Below are positions 10,194-19,354 of a DNA stretch of 64,000 nt, in pieces. The stretch spans positions 1,408,001 through 1,472,000 of the forward strand of contig OY776510.1 of assembly GCA_963675665.1 (NCBI GenBank), in the 5' to 3' direction. Both the position numbers and the translations under genes were made by a program. The notes below the pieces were generated by a model. It had not been told where the DNA came from. It made no database searches and saw only the letters and a list, made by a program, of their open reading frames with translations. This DNA is from Spirochaetia bacterium (GTDB lineage Bacteria > Spirochaetota > Spirochaetia > UBA9216). The stretch's first letter is position 1; every line of letters begins with the position of its first letter.

Positions 10194-11735
10194 GTGAGCA
10201 ATCCTGAAGTAAAGGCCGGTTTTCTAACCAGAATTCTGTCAATTCTGTCAAGAGCATCGGATCCTGAAAGGGAAAAAAAGCGTCAGCTTAAAGATGTATA
10301 CAAACAGCTAAAGAATCATAAATACAAGTTTTACAAGCCAAAAACCGATGAAGCGCTCGCTGCTCTCGCCAAATTATTTTATGATATATATATAATTGCA
10401 GGTCCCGCAAAAATACTTCTCGATCATGCTGAAGCTTCTGTTGTTTTAAAAACAATTATCATTGAAAATTCATTTTCCGAAAATCAGAAAAATATCAGAG
10501 CGTCATTCGATGATACCGAAATCAGGGAAGCGGTTAAGGCCTCCGGAGGCAACGTAAAAAATGTTACCGAAGAGCTTAAATCAAATCTTGTAAATTTTTT
10601 CTCTATATTTGACACTGAAAAAGTTCGTGAAATAAACGCAACCTATAATCTGATGACAATCTTTCTGGAATTTATATCTTTCGATTATTACTTCTTTCTG
10701 AGGAAGTTTGATTCCAGGTTTCCGGAAAATGATTTTACCTATAATTCCAAATTTGAAGATATAAACGGTGAATATATTGTTGAAGATCTGAAAGATTTTC
10801 TTGTACTGATACCTTTTCTTGAACTTGATGCTTCCTGGGACTCCCTGTTCGACGTCCTCTCTTCCTATAAAGGCGCCGAACTGATGAACCGCAAGGACTG
10901 GCAGAAAATCCTTCGAAGAATCCGGGATGTTCGTCAATCCAAAATTCTTGAGCTCATGATCAAGGCAATTGATCAGGATCCTGCATACGCATACAGGGTG
11001 CAGAGGCCCAACAAGCATATTGTAGAAGATTATCTGAACAAGTTGAAAAGCCAGGTTGAACTCTCAATACAGAAGATCCTCAAGGAGCAGAGAACCAACA
11101 AAATTGACAGTCTTGCCGACAGAATTTTCGGAACGCATGCAATCTCAAGAATGAAATATTATACCGAAAAAGCCAACCTGGCTTTCGCCAAAAAAATGCT
11201 CGGAGGATATATATATATCGCGCCGATGAATTATCTGAAGGCGTTTCTGGTTGATTTCTGCAAAAAGGATATAAGAGAAATCAGCGATGTTCTTCTTATC
11301 AGGGGCAAGTGGACTACAAATATCAGTTCACAGCAGCTTTCCGAAGCCTTCTACGGACTGATGTCGACAGCAGAAGAGTTAATTACTTTTGATGAAAAAC
11401 TGTCTGAAGAAGGTGTGCGGGGCAGCGAGATAACAAAACTTCTGAAACGCCGTGACTCCGATAAAGCAAATATAACGCTGCTTCGAAAGCAATTAAAAGA
11501 GATTAATGATGATGCGCTCAGATTGATTAATACTACCGGGGTCCATCTTGTATCTATTGCAAAGAGTTTCAAGCTTGTTATTGAAGATTATCAGAAAAAA
11601 CCTCATGAATTGCTTACAAACTGGAAAGAGATAGAATCAATAATTGAAGGCGGAGTAGTGCCAAGGATGTCCGACATTTACAGGAAATGCTATTATTTTA
11701 TCCAGCTGCTTCAGTTTTACAACAAGAGCAAATAG
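10194..11735 (+). CDS. Conserved spirochete hypothetical protein (DUF5312-like)
   Basis: DPEREKKRQLK, FDYYFFLRKFD motifs; TTGACA(10146)-17-TAACAT promoter; family recalled, not searched. Confidence 0.65.
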   Translation: MSNPEVKAGFLTRILSILSRASDPEREKKRQLKDVYKQLKNHKYKFYKPKTDEALAALAKLFYDIYIIAGPAKILLDHAEASVVLKTIIIENSFSENQKNIRASFDDTEIREAVKASGGNVKNVTEELKSNLVNFFSIFDTEKVREINATYNLMTIFLEFISFDYYFFLRKFDSRFPENDFTYNSKFEDINGEYIVEDLKDFLVLIPFLELDASWDSLFDVLSSYKGAELMNRKDWQKILRRIRDVRQSKILELMIKAIDQDPAYAYRVQRPNKHIVEDYLNKLKSQVELSIQKILKEQRTNKIDSLADRIFGTHAISRMKYYTEKANLAFAKKMLGGYIYIAPMNYLKAFLVDFCKKDIREISDVLLIRGKWTTNISSQQLSEAFYGLMSTAEELITFDEKLSEEGVRGSEITKLLKRRDSDKANITLLRKQLKEINDDALRLINTTGVHLVSIAKSFKLVIEDYQKKPHELLTNWKEIESIIEGGVVPRMSDIYRKCYYFIQLLQFYNKSK

Positions 11736-11736
11736 C

Positions 11737-13743
11737 TTATTCAGTAAAATCGCCGAGGCTTGTATCGCCGACCGGTTTTTTAAATCCGGAAAAAACGACC
11801 GCAATTATCACGCAGTTAACTACCGAAGCGGCTGCGAAAATATTCCACTCCGGAGCTCCGGATGCAATGCTTCCGACGAATGAATAAAGTTTCAGGCTGA
11901 TAGTGTAGAGTTTTTCATCGTTCAGAAATAAAAGCGGCGCCATAAAACTGTTCCAGGCACTTATAACCGCCGTCATTACCGCGGTAGTTATAACCGGCCT
12001 GGACAGCGGCAGAATTATCCTGAAAAGGTATGCACCGGCCGGTTGTCCCTCAAGCAGGGCGATGTCGCGAAATGCCCGGGGCATTCGGCCCAGCCAGGCT
12101 GTTATTGTAAACATCGAAAAAGGAATACTGTGATATATCGAAATTATTATCAGTGGAACGTATGAATTGACCAGTCCGATTCGCTCAAATGAAGAATAAA
12201 GCGGTATCAATGAATGCATGCCGCCTGTTATGCTTAAAATCTGAATAAAGGTAAGCGCGGCTATTGTGGTTCCCCTGCCCCGACTGTTGAGCCATACTGC
12301 CGCCGGAAAGCATACGATTGGAACCAGTAAGCCTGTCAGTCCGGAAAGGATAATTGTGTTTCTGAAGTACAGCATAATGTTTTCTTCCAGAAACACAGTT
12401 TTAAAGCTGTTTAACCCGGCATGTGGAGGCAACAGACCGTCGATGTAGCAGGCGCTTACACCGGAAAAGCTCATCCAGATCAGAAAATAAAGAAGGGCGG
12501 CAGAGCTGATAATAAGAAAGAGAGATGAAAAGGTTGAAAAGCCGAGATTGAGGCTGCCGAGCAACGGAGAATTTATGCTCCGGGCAGTTCCAAAAGAGCT
12601 GTTTCTGCCTTTTTTCCGACAGCAGTACATGAGCGTAAAGACTGCAGGGAAAATCCCCGGATTGAAACCGGCGAGGAAACTGGTTTTAGCAATACAGAAA
12701 ACAATCCAGAGGCCGTGAATTATAACCGCCGCTCGGAAAAAGCGCTTGTTTATGAATCCTGTAAGATACAGTGCGGCCGGAACCAATCCTGCCTTCCGGG
12801 AGAATATTATCTGCAGAGCAGCTGTAATTATAATCAGGAATTTGAATTTTCTGTCGGCGCTGAAATTCCTGTTTTTGGTTACGTACCAGATCAGCATAAG
12901 CAGTATAACGATGCCTGCCATAATAACGGAGTAGGCGGACGATATCCCGTAATCGTCGGTGTTGTTGAAAACATCGAAGAGGAATGTATCCATTGTTGTT
13001 GTGGCTCCGATAACATATCTTTCGGTTATGCCTGAAAGAAGTGGCGGACCGCCTGATGTCATAAGAAAAATAAGGGTGAATTCCTTGAACCCTTTGATAA
13101 AGTTCAGCACTGCCATGACAATCAGCGAAGTTTTAATTTGGGGCAGATATATATGGTAGGCAATAATTCCCGTACCCGCTCCGTCAAGAACGGCCGCTTC
13201 AATACAGCTTTTTGATATTTTTTTAAGCGCGCCGTGAAGCACAAAAGCGGTAAGAGGAACTGTCATCCAGATGTTGACAACCATACAGCTGAAGAATCCG
13301 GCAATCGGGTCTGTCATCAGGTTGGCTTCTATTCCGAAGAGGGTTGTCAGAACGGAGATTCCACCGTTTCCGTGGATTATTGCCCGCCACAGCGGAACAG
13401 CTATATAAACCGGTATCCCCCACGGAACAAGAAGCGCTGCGTAAATAATATTTGAAAATCTTTTTCTGCCCGATAATGCAAGGGCAATTATAAAACCGAA
13501 AAAGATGCTCAGAAATGTGCTTAGTACCGCCCATAAGGAGGTTATATTAAGGCTGTAACCGAACCCGGCATCGGCTCCGAGATAACGGAAATTATCCAGC
13601 CCGGCAAATGTCCGAATGCCGTATGTGTCGTGAAAAAAGGAAGTTGTAAGCGCTTCAAAAAAAGGAGAAATTCCCGCCGCTGTTATGACCAGCAGGGCGG
13701 GAATGATAAAGTATATTTTTACATTGAATTTATATTTACTCAA
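11737..13743 (-). CDS. Fused double carbohydrate-type (MalF+MalG-like) ABC permease
   Basis: Two permease modules (GLDNF, EAAVLDGA, MTSGGP; DIALLEG, LPLSRP, SAWNSF) joined by a hydrophobic linker; overlaps the upstream stop. Confidence 0.9.
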   Translation of the reverse strand: MSKYKFNVKIYFIIPALLVITAAGISPFFEALTTSFFHDTYGIRTFAGLDNFRYLGADAGFGYSLNITSLWAVLSTFLSIFFGFIIALALSGRKRFSNIIYAALLVPWGIPVYIAVPLWRAIIHGNGGISVLTTLFGIEANLMTDPIAGFFSCMVVNIWMTVPLTAFVLHGALKKISKSCIEAAVLDGAGTGIIAYHIYLPQIKTSLIVMAVLNFIKGFKEFTLIFLMTSGGPPLLSGITERYVIGATTTMDTFLFDVFNNTDDYGISSAYSVIMAGIVILLMLIWYVTKNRNFSADRKFKFLIIITAALQIIFSRKAGLVPAALYLTGFINKRFFRAAVIIHGLWIVFCIAKTSFLAGFNPGIFPAVFTLMYCCRKKGRNSSFGTARSINSPLLGSLNLGFSTFSSLFLIISSAALLYFLIWMSFSGVSACYIDGLLPPHAGLNSFKTVFLEENIMLYFRNTIILSGLTGLLVPIVCFPAAVWLNSRGRGTTIAALTFIQILSITGGMHSLIPLYSSFERIGLVNSYVPLIIISIYHSIPFSMFTITAWLGRMPRAFRDIALLEGQPAGAYLFRIILPLSRPVITTAVMTAVISAWNSFMAPLLFLNDEKLYTISLKLYSFVGSIASGAPEWNIFAAASVVNCVIIAVVFSGFKKPVGDTSLGDFTE

Positions 13744-15166
13744 GAATTATCTTGACAACATTTCTGACGGCTTTTATTCCGTCCGGAATAAGCGCAGCAT
13801 CATTATCCCAGGCTACAACAAGCGGGAATTCATCTTCATCAAGATCTGATCCGTCGCCCTTGAACATCCCGATGATGACATCATTATTGCCGTCGAGCTC
13901 GGATGCGGCAAGAGCGATTGTATAACCGTCCGAAGCTTCAATTTTTACAGTTTCATATCCGCTGTATCTTTCCAGAAGCATATAAATCGGCATGCCCATG
14001 TAATCTTTAAGTTTTGTTTTCTTTTTATTCCACATTTCGACTACTGTGCGTGAGTTTGTAACCCCGGACATCAGTGTCTGGGCGTCCATTACCTCTGTGC
14101 CGGAGGTGCTTACAAGCGAGAGATTAAAATTCTTAAATGGAATATCCTTAATGATAATCTTTTTAACCATCCGGGCCGATACGTGTCCGGTGAAATTGGG
14201 ATTCTCCGGTCCTACTTTTACAAGTCGTATATATCCCGGATCTTCAGGCATATATTCGCCGTTTTCCCTGAATGCCAGGATCCAGTCGCCGTTTGAGTTA
14301 TCCAGAAGCTGTTCGCCGCTGTAGTTCATTGCATAGCCGTCCATGGCTTCGATGGTTATGCTCATGTCGGCCGAAAGATTTGTATATTCGTTTATCAGGT
14401 CGACTATCTTTACGCCGGCCCAGGTAGACTCAAATGTATTACCGTAGCTGTTTGTATAATTACCCTTGTCTTCAATATAATAATTCAGTTTTTCCAGCTC
14501 GCTGATTTTATATGATCCGGACTGTTCTCCAATCTCCAGTATCAGTTCAAAATCGTTGTTTTCAAGCGATACAGCTTCTATCGAAGCGGTAATTTCTGAA
14601 AGTTCTTTTACCCACAGCTGTCCGGAGACATTTCCGCAGGACATGGGTTTGATCTTCTCGCCGTTAACAGAGTCTGCTATGTAAATTTCATCGGCGGCGT
14701 GGTCAGCAGTGTTTATTGTAGCTGAATATCCGTCTGCTGCGGTCAGCGTAAGATCATAACCTGAATTCCAGAGGTCTTCCTTGAAAGAATAAGGCATTGT
14801 CGCATCGGCATCATCCACCATTGCTACAATTTTTACCAGAGGCATTGCCGTAACAGTCAGCATTTCGCCTTTTCTTTCGAACTGAAATTCTCCGTAACCG
14901 GAGGCCGGATCTTCTTTCCACTTTTCAAAGTTGGATTCCCATACTTCATCAGCTCTTGCGCCGCTGACATTTATAAGCCAGCCTTCGCCCTTGGGTGTTG
15001 CGTGTGAAGTATCGTCAATTTCCGAAATCTCGGCAGTTTTTGCCTCCTCCGATGAGACCGTTTTTGATGTAGTTGAGTTTTGGTCGGTTGCTGTTGCACA
15101 GCCGCTGCTGAGCAGAACAGCCGTAACAAGCAGAAGCATCAGTACTGATAAAATTTTTTTCTTCAT
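13736..15166 (-). CDS. Lipoprotein with three tandem sulfite-oxidase-fold (Oxidored_molyb-like) molybdopterin-binding repeats
   Basis: LSSGC lipobox; repeats TAMPL..AADGY..WVKEL, WAGVKI..AMDGY..ILAFRENGE..GYIRLV..ARMV, YMGMPI..ASDGY..FPLVV..AVRNV. Confidence 0.75.
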   Translation of the reverse strand: MKKKILSVLMLLLVTAVLLSSGCATATDQNSTTSKTVSSEEAKTAEISEIDDTSHATPKGEGWLINVSGARADEVWESNFEKWKEDPASGYGEFQFERKGEMLTVTAMPLVKIVAMVDDADATMPYSFKEDLWNSGYDLTLTAADGYSATINTADHAADEIYIADSVNGEKIKPMSCGNVSGQLWVKELSEITASIEAVSLENNDFELILEIGEQSGSYKISELEKLNYYIEDKGNYTNSYGNTFESTWAGVKIVDLINEYTNLSADMSITIEAMDGYAMNYSGEQLLDNSNGDWILAFRENGEYMPEDPGYIRLVKVGPENPNFTGHVSARMVKKIIIKDIPFKNFNLSLVSTSGTEVMDAQTLMSGVTNSRTVVEMWNKKKTKLKDYMGMPIYMLLERYSGYETVKIEASDGYTIALAASELDGNNDVIIGMFKGDGSDLDEDEFPLVVAWDNDAALIPDGIKAVRNVVKIILE

Positions 15167-15196
15167 AATATCTCCTACAAATATTTCCAGGGGTTT

Positions 15197-16687
15197 TCAG
15201 AAGTCCCGTTCTTCCATGTTTTTATCTACCAGGGTTTGAGTCTGTTTTAATACCTGGTCCGCCGGCAGTTTTCCGGAAATTGCAAATCTCAACATTTTCC
15301 ACATGATGTTTTTATAAACTGAATAAGCTTTGTCGGTCGGAATAATGACCCCGTCGGACGCGCTTATGCTGAGTGTTTCATAAAACGGATTTGTCTCTTC
15401 TGCAGTCAGCCATGCTTTCTCAAGGGCCGGCAATTTGGCTGTTTCGGATGTAAAACGCTGTTGAACCCCAATTCCCGTCAGGTATTCGATTAACCGGCGC
15501 GCTCCTGTTGTATTGTGTGAACGTTTTGAGATCGCAAAAGCTTTGAAATCAAGCAGCGGAGAAACCCTGATGCCTGTTTTATCGTTTACAGGAAGAGGCG
15601 CTGTTTCAAAAGGTATGCCCAGCTGTGTAAAATGGGGAATGCTGTATGATGCACTGATAATCATTGCCGTCTCTCCGGAAACAAAAAGAGAAGTCATTGC
15701 ATCTCTTTCCATCGGCTGCATAAGCTTGTTGTCCTGAAGCTCAAGGATGTATTCGAGCGCATCAAGCGTCGGTTTGTCGTCGATCAGTATCGAACCGTCG
15801 GATTCGACAAGAGTCTTTTTGCCGAATGCGAATTGAAACGGAATAAGAAATGACGCCGAGTATGAATTCCAGGCGGAAGGTATTTTTCCGTTTTGCTTAA
15901 CATTTTCACATGATCGTTCAAAATCGGAAAGCCGCCAGTTATTGTCAGGACGCGGGACAAGCTCGGGATTGTAGAAGATCATCTGTGCGTCATAATAGAA
16001 AGGAATTCCCCACAGTTTTTTATCAAGAGAGAATGCATCTATTCCCTGTTTAAATAATCCTTCTGTCGCCATGAAATCAAGATTCTGGATGCTTCCCGAG
16101 CGTGCCAATCTGTCGATGTAGCTTGACTGAACCATTATCACATCAGGAACACTGCCGTTAGCCTGTGTTGTCGATATAAGCTTTGAATCAGGTTTTGATA
16201 CTTCTACAATTTTAATATCGATAGAATGCAGATCCCCATAGCGCCCGATCTCGTCTCTGAGCAGTGAAATGCCCTCCCAGTTTACCCATATTTCAAGAGG
16301 ACTATATTCAAGTGTTTCGCAGTCAAGGTTGACGGATTTTATATTTGTATAAAGCCTGTTTTTGTAAAGAACAGACCAGCTGCCGTCTGTAGAAACCAGA
16401 TAGTGTTTTGACAGATTGTCGCCAAGGTCAGGATCGACAAGTTTTATGCGGCTGTCCGGGTTGTCCGAACCGAGAGAAAGGGTCCATGCTTCGTATACTG
16501 CCGGAAAAAGTTCGTCAAGGGAAATTCCGGTCATAACAGTTCCGAGAAAGGGGATAGGATATGATAACGACTGCAACTCGGTATTGCTGAATTCTTTCCA
16601 AATGGAATTGTTTACCGAGAACGATACTGCGTAGATATTAAGTGTAATAAATACAGCCGTGACAACAAGAACGGCCCTTTTAATCAC
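15197..16687 (-). CDS. Maltose/MalE-like ABC solute-binding protein with an extra ~130-aa N-terminal domain
   Basis: Signal peptide after GTG 16687 (AAAGGAAG SD); VPDVIM, LWGIPF, FYNPELV, LFVSGETAMII; the ORF-track 5' extension lies inside the riboswitch. Confidence 0.85.
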   Translation of the reverse strand: MIKRAVLVVTAVFITLNIYAVSFSVNNSIWKEFSNTELQSLSYPIPFLGTVMTGISLDELFPAVYEAWTLSLGSDNPDSRIKLVDPDLGDNLSKHYLVSTDGSWSVLYKNRLYTNIKSVNLDCETLEYSPLEIWVNWEGISLLRDEIGRYGDLHSIDIKIVEVSKPDSKLISTTQANGSVPDVIMVQSSYIDRLARSGSIQNLDFMATEGLFKQGIDAFSLDKKLWGIPFYYDAQMIFYNPELVPRPDNNWRLSDFERSCENVKQNGKIPSAWNSYSASFLIPFQFAFGKKTLVESDGSILIDDKPTLDALEYILELQDNKLMQPMERDAMTSLFVSGETAMIISASYSIPHFTQLGIPFETAPLPVNDKTGIRVSPLLDFKAFAISKRSHNTTGARRLIEYLTGIGVQQRFTSETAKLPALEKAWLTAEETNPFYETLSISASDGVIIPTDKAYSVYKNIMWKMLRFAISGKLPADQVLKQTQTLVDKNMEERDF

Positions 16688-16689
16688 CT

Positions 16690-16815
16690 GCACTTCCTTT
16701 CCAAACACGGGAGGCCCTGCTGTTTCCGGCAGAACCCTTCGATCTCCGTCCATCGAATAGCTGATATTTTTAAAAATAAAGCGAATTCTACAGGAATGAA
16801 GATTCGGAAGATATA
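16690..16815 (-). ncRNA. Moco RNA motif riboswitch, P3-less (tungsten-cofactor-type) variant
   Basis: Minus strand reads CTTCC-GA-ATCTTC..CCTGTA..GATGG..GGAGAT-CGAAGGGTTCTGCCG-GAAA-CAGCAGGGCC-TCCCGTGTTTGGA-AAGGAAG, i.e. P1, P2 with receptor-like motif, P4 with GAAA loop and P5; matches the GCCTCCCGT...GGAAAGG signature. Confidence 0.85.
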
Positions 16816-16827
16816 ATTATCGAATAA

Positions 16828-16856
16828 AGTTTAGCCTCTCACTATTAAAAGGTCAA
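16828..16856 (-). promoter_or_regulatory. Sigma70 promoter of the riboswitch operon
   Basis: TTGACC(16856-16851)-17 bp-TAAACT(16833-16828), just 5' of riboswitch P1. Confidence 0.7.
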
Positions 16857-16880
16857 GCTTTTATATGAGGTTTTATTTAC

Positions 16881-16912
16881 TGCGGCCGGAAGCGGTTAGC
16901 TCGCCGGCCGCA
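16881..16912 (-). terminator. GC-rich hairpin after the acyl-CoA ligase gene (possible terminator)
   Basis: TGCGGCCGG...CCGGCCGCA inverted repeat; weak U tail on the - strand. Confidence 0.45.
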
Positions 16913-16920
16913 AGTGTTTT

Positions 16921-18555
16921 TTATTTATATTTGTATCTCTTGATTTTTGATGTAGGGGTTTTTTCAAACTCTTCTGTTCTGATTTCAGTGCTGATTATTT
17001 TTGAGTAGGCCGGGAGCTCCCGGTTAACGGTTTTAACCGCCTTTGCTATTTCTTCTTCAATGCCCTCATTTGTAAGTGCAAAGCTCTTTATATAATCAGG
17101 ATCGGGATAAATCAATGCTGTTACATCACCGTCGCGGTCTATTACAAGGGCGTCCGCAACTATATCATGGTTGTTAAGCCTTGCTTCAAGTTCTTCAGGG
17201 TAAATATTCTGCCCCGACGGACCCAGCAGCATATTTTTGCACCTGCCCTTTATAGTGACAACCTGGTCCTGATCCATTACCACCATATCGCCTGTATGAA
17301 GCCATCCGTCCTTATCAATAGCTTCTTTTGTTGCTTCTTCGTTTTTATAATACCCGATCATTACATTTTCTCCGCGTACGCAGAGTTCTCCCTGGCCTGT
17401 GTCAGGATCCTCGTTGTCAACACGGGCTTCGAGATGATAAATGATTTTTCCGGCAGAACCGCTTTTGTAAACATCCCACGGCATATAGCTTATAAGCGGT
17501 CCGCATTCGGTCATTCCGTAACCAACTGTGAATCTGAATCCTATTTTTGTCAGAAATGCTTCTACCTCGGGATTGAATGCGGCAGCTCCGATTACTATTT
17601 CAATGAACCTGCCGCCGAAAGTTTTATTCAGCTTGCCGGAAATGATCCGTTCAAGAAGCTGCTTTATTACCGGAAGTCTGGCATAACTTTTATCAAGAAT
17701 CGGTTTAAGCTGTTTAAAATAAATTTTCTCAATAAGCAGCGGAATGGACAGAATCAGGTTGGGCTGAACGTCCGCAAGGGCTTTTATTATCAGCTGCGGT
17801 GAAATCCTGGGCAGAAACGTAATGTGACAGCCTGTAGCAAAAGGAAAAAGAAAATCAAAAGTACATCCAAAGCTGTGGGCCAGCGGCAGAAAATTCAATA
17901 TCGAATTTCCCGGTTTAAGCTCAATGCTCTTCTGTGCATAGTCTACATTGGCCATAAGGCAGTTATGATTCAGCATAACACCCTTGGAGAACCCGGTAGT
18001 TCCGGATGTATACAGGATTCCGGCCAGCTCTTCATTGTGAATTTCTTCAAATTCAAGATCTTCCTTATTGAATCCGCTTTTATACTTTTCATCGATTATT
18101 GTCCGCGATTCGGTTATTACCGAATCATTTATTGCGTTTTTTGTCATGAATATATGAAAATCGTCAAGGTTTCCCCCTACTTCGAGGTTTGCCAGGTTGT
18201 GAATATCAATATCTTTCCAGATAGCCTCATCTGCAAAGAATATCCTGGATTCCGAATGATTAATAATATTTGTTATATCTCCGCCGGAGAAATCAGGCAG
18301 AATAGGGACTATAACTGCACCGTAGGTCACAGTGGCCAGATAGCATTTTGCCCAGTTAACCGAGTTTTTTCCGCATACTGCGAGTTTGTCCCCTTTTTTT
18401 ATCCCGCATTTTTTGAATACTTCATGAAAAACAAGCATGCTTTTCGCAATATCGCCGAATGTGTGACTGTCGGCATCATAATTAGTGAAACACGGCTGAT
18501 CCCAGTTGTCTTTGAAACTGTTTTCCAGTGTTTTAACAAAATTTCTTTCCAGCAT
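16921..18555 (-). CDS. fadD: Long-chain fatty acid-CoA ligase
   Basis: YTSGTTGFSKG, GYGMTE, GWLHTGD, GQNIYPEE, KTPTSKIKR. Confidence 0.9.
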   Translation of the reverse strand: MLERNFVKTLENSFKDNWDQPCFTNYDADSHTFGDIAKSMLVFHEVFKKCGIKKGDKLAVCGKNSVNWAKCYLATVTYGAVIVPILPDFSGGDITNIINHSESRIFFADEAIWKDIDIHNLANLEVGGNLDDFHIFMTKNAINDSVITESRTIIDEKYKSGFNKEDLEFEEIHNEELAGILYTSGTTGFSKGVMLNHNCLMANVDYAQKSIELKPGNSILNFLPLAHSFGCTFDFLFPFATGCHITFLPRISPQLIIKALADVQPNLILSIPLLIEKIYFKQLKPILDKSYARLPVIKQLLERIISGKLNKTFGGRFIEIVIGAAAFNPEVEAFLTKIGFRFTVGYGMTECGPLISYMPWDVYKSGSAGKIIYHLEARVDNEDPDTGQGELCVRGENVMIGYYKNEEATKEAIDKDGWLHTGDMVVMDQDQVVTIKGRCKNMLLGPSGQNIYPEELEARLNNHDIVADALVIDRDGDVTALIYPDPDYIKSFALTNEGIEEEIAKAVKTVNRELPAYSKIISTEIRTEEFEKTPTSKIKRYKYK

Positions 18556-18687
18556 TATTTTCTGCCCCCTGAGTTTTACCGCTTTGCAGCGGTGCATTCA
18601 TTCATTATTATCCATATATTGTCAAAAAACAAGCATTTTCGGGTGAGGGCTGATATTGTCAGGTTGTCGGTTAGAAGTGAGCTTTTT

Positions 18688-19197
18688 CTATTTTCCGTGA
18701 GAGTCAATATCCATGGCGTCCCAGGGGTAACAAATCCATTTGTCTTCGAGTTCTTCGCCGGCGAAATATAGTTTGATTTTATCGGGAATAATTCCGCGCT
18801 TTTCCTTGTTTTTGTTGTGAAGAACAGCAACAGCAATTTCCGAAGGTTCGTCACTCATTAATTCGCGGAGACAATATTCAAGGGTTACCCGCGAATCGTC
18901 GACTTCGTCAACCAGGAGGACTTTTTTCCCTTTCAGTTTTTTCTCAACTTCATCTATCCATTGAATTTTCTCAGGGGCTTCTTTTGGTTTGTTGTTTTCA
19001 TCATAAAGTTTCAGGCCGACTGTAAGAATTGGTTTGTCGAGATATGTTTTAATTATTCTTGCGGGAATGAATCCGCCGGTTCCTATTGCCACGATCAAAT
19101 CAGGATTATACCCTGAGCGCTTGATCTGTTCCGAAAGTTTCCGGATAGTATTGTGAATATCGTTATATGTGAAAAAAATTTTCTCTTCCGATGCCAT
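18688..19197 (-). CDS. Type I (xanthine/purine-like) phosphoribosyltransferase
   Basis: AIGTGGFIPA, VLLVDEVDDSRVTL, WICYPW; AGGAG RBS. Confidence 0.9.
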   Translation of the reverse strand: MASEEKIFFTYNDIHNTIRKLSEQIKRSGYNPDLIVAIGTGGFIPARIIKTYLDKPILTVGLKLYDENNKPKEAPEKIQWIDEVEKKLKGKKVLLVDEVDDSRVTLEYCLRELMSDEPSEIAVAVLHNKNKEKRGIIPDKIKLYFAGEELEDKWICYPWDAMDIDSHGK

Positions 19198-19354
19198 AAT
19201 TACTCCTGTAAATAATTTCCGCATGGATGCGGGATATAAAAGGCAAAATGAAAAAGTACATGGATGGGCTTTCATCATTACTCAGTATCTGCCGATAATT
19301 ATAAAACGTAGGATATAAGAGTGATATTATCTTTTCAAGAGGTTATAATTGTAA

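Noticed and set aside
16688-16753. N-terminal extension MDGDRRVLPETAGPPVFGKEVQ of the SBP ORF
   Set aside because: Lies inside the riboswitch; the SD and signal peptide support GTG 16687.
17824-18771. 315-aa + strand ORF (and 17167-17802)
   Set aside because: Antisense shadow of the acyl-CoA ligase gene; no motifs.
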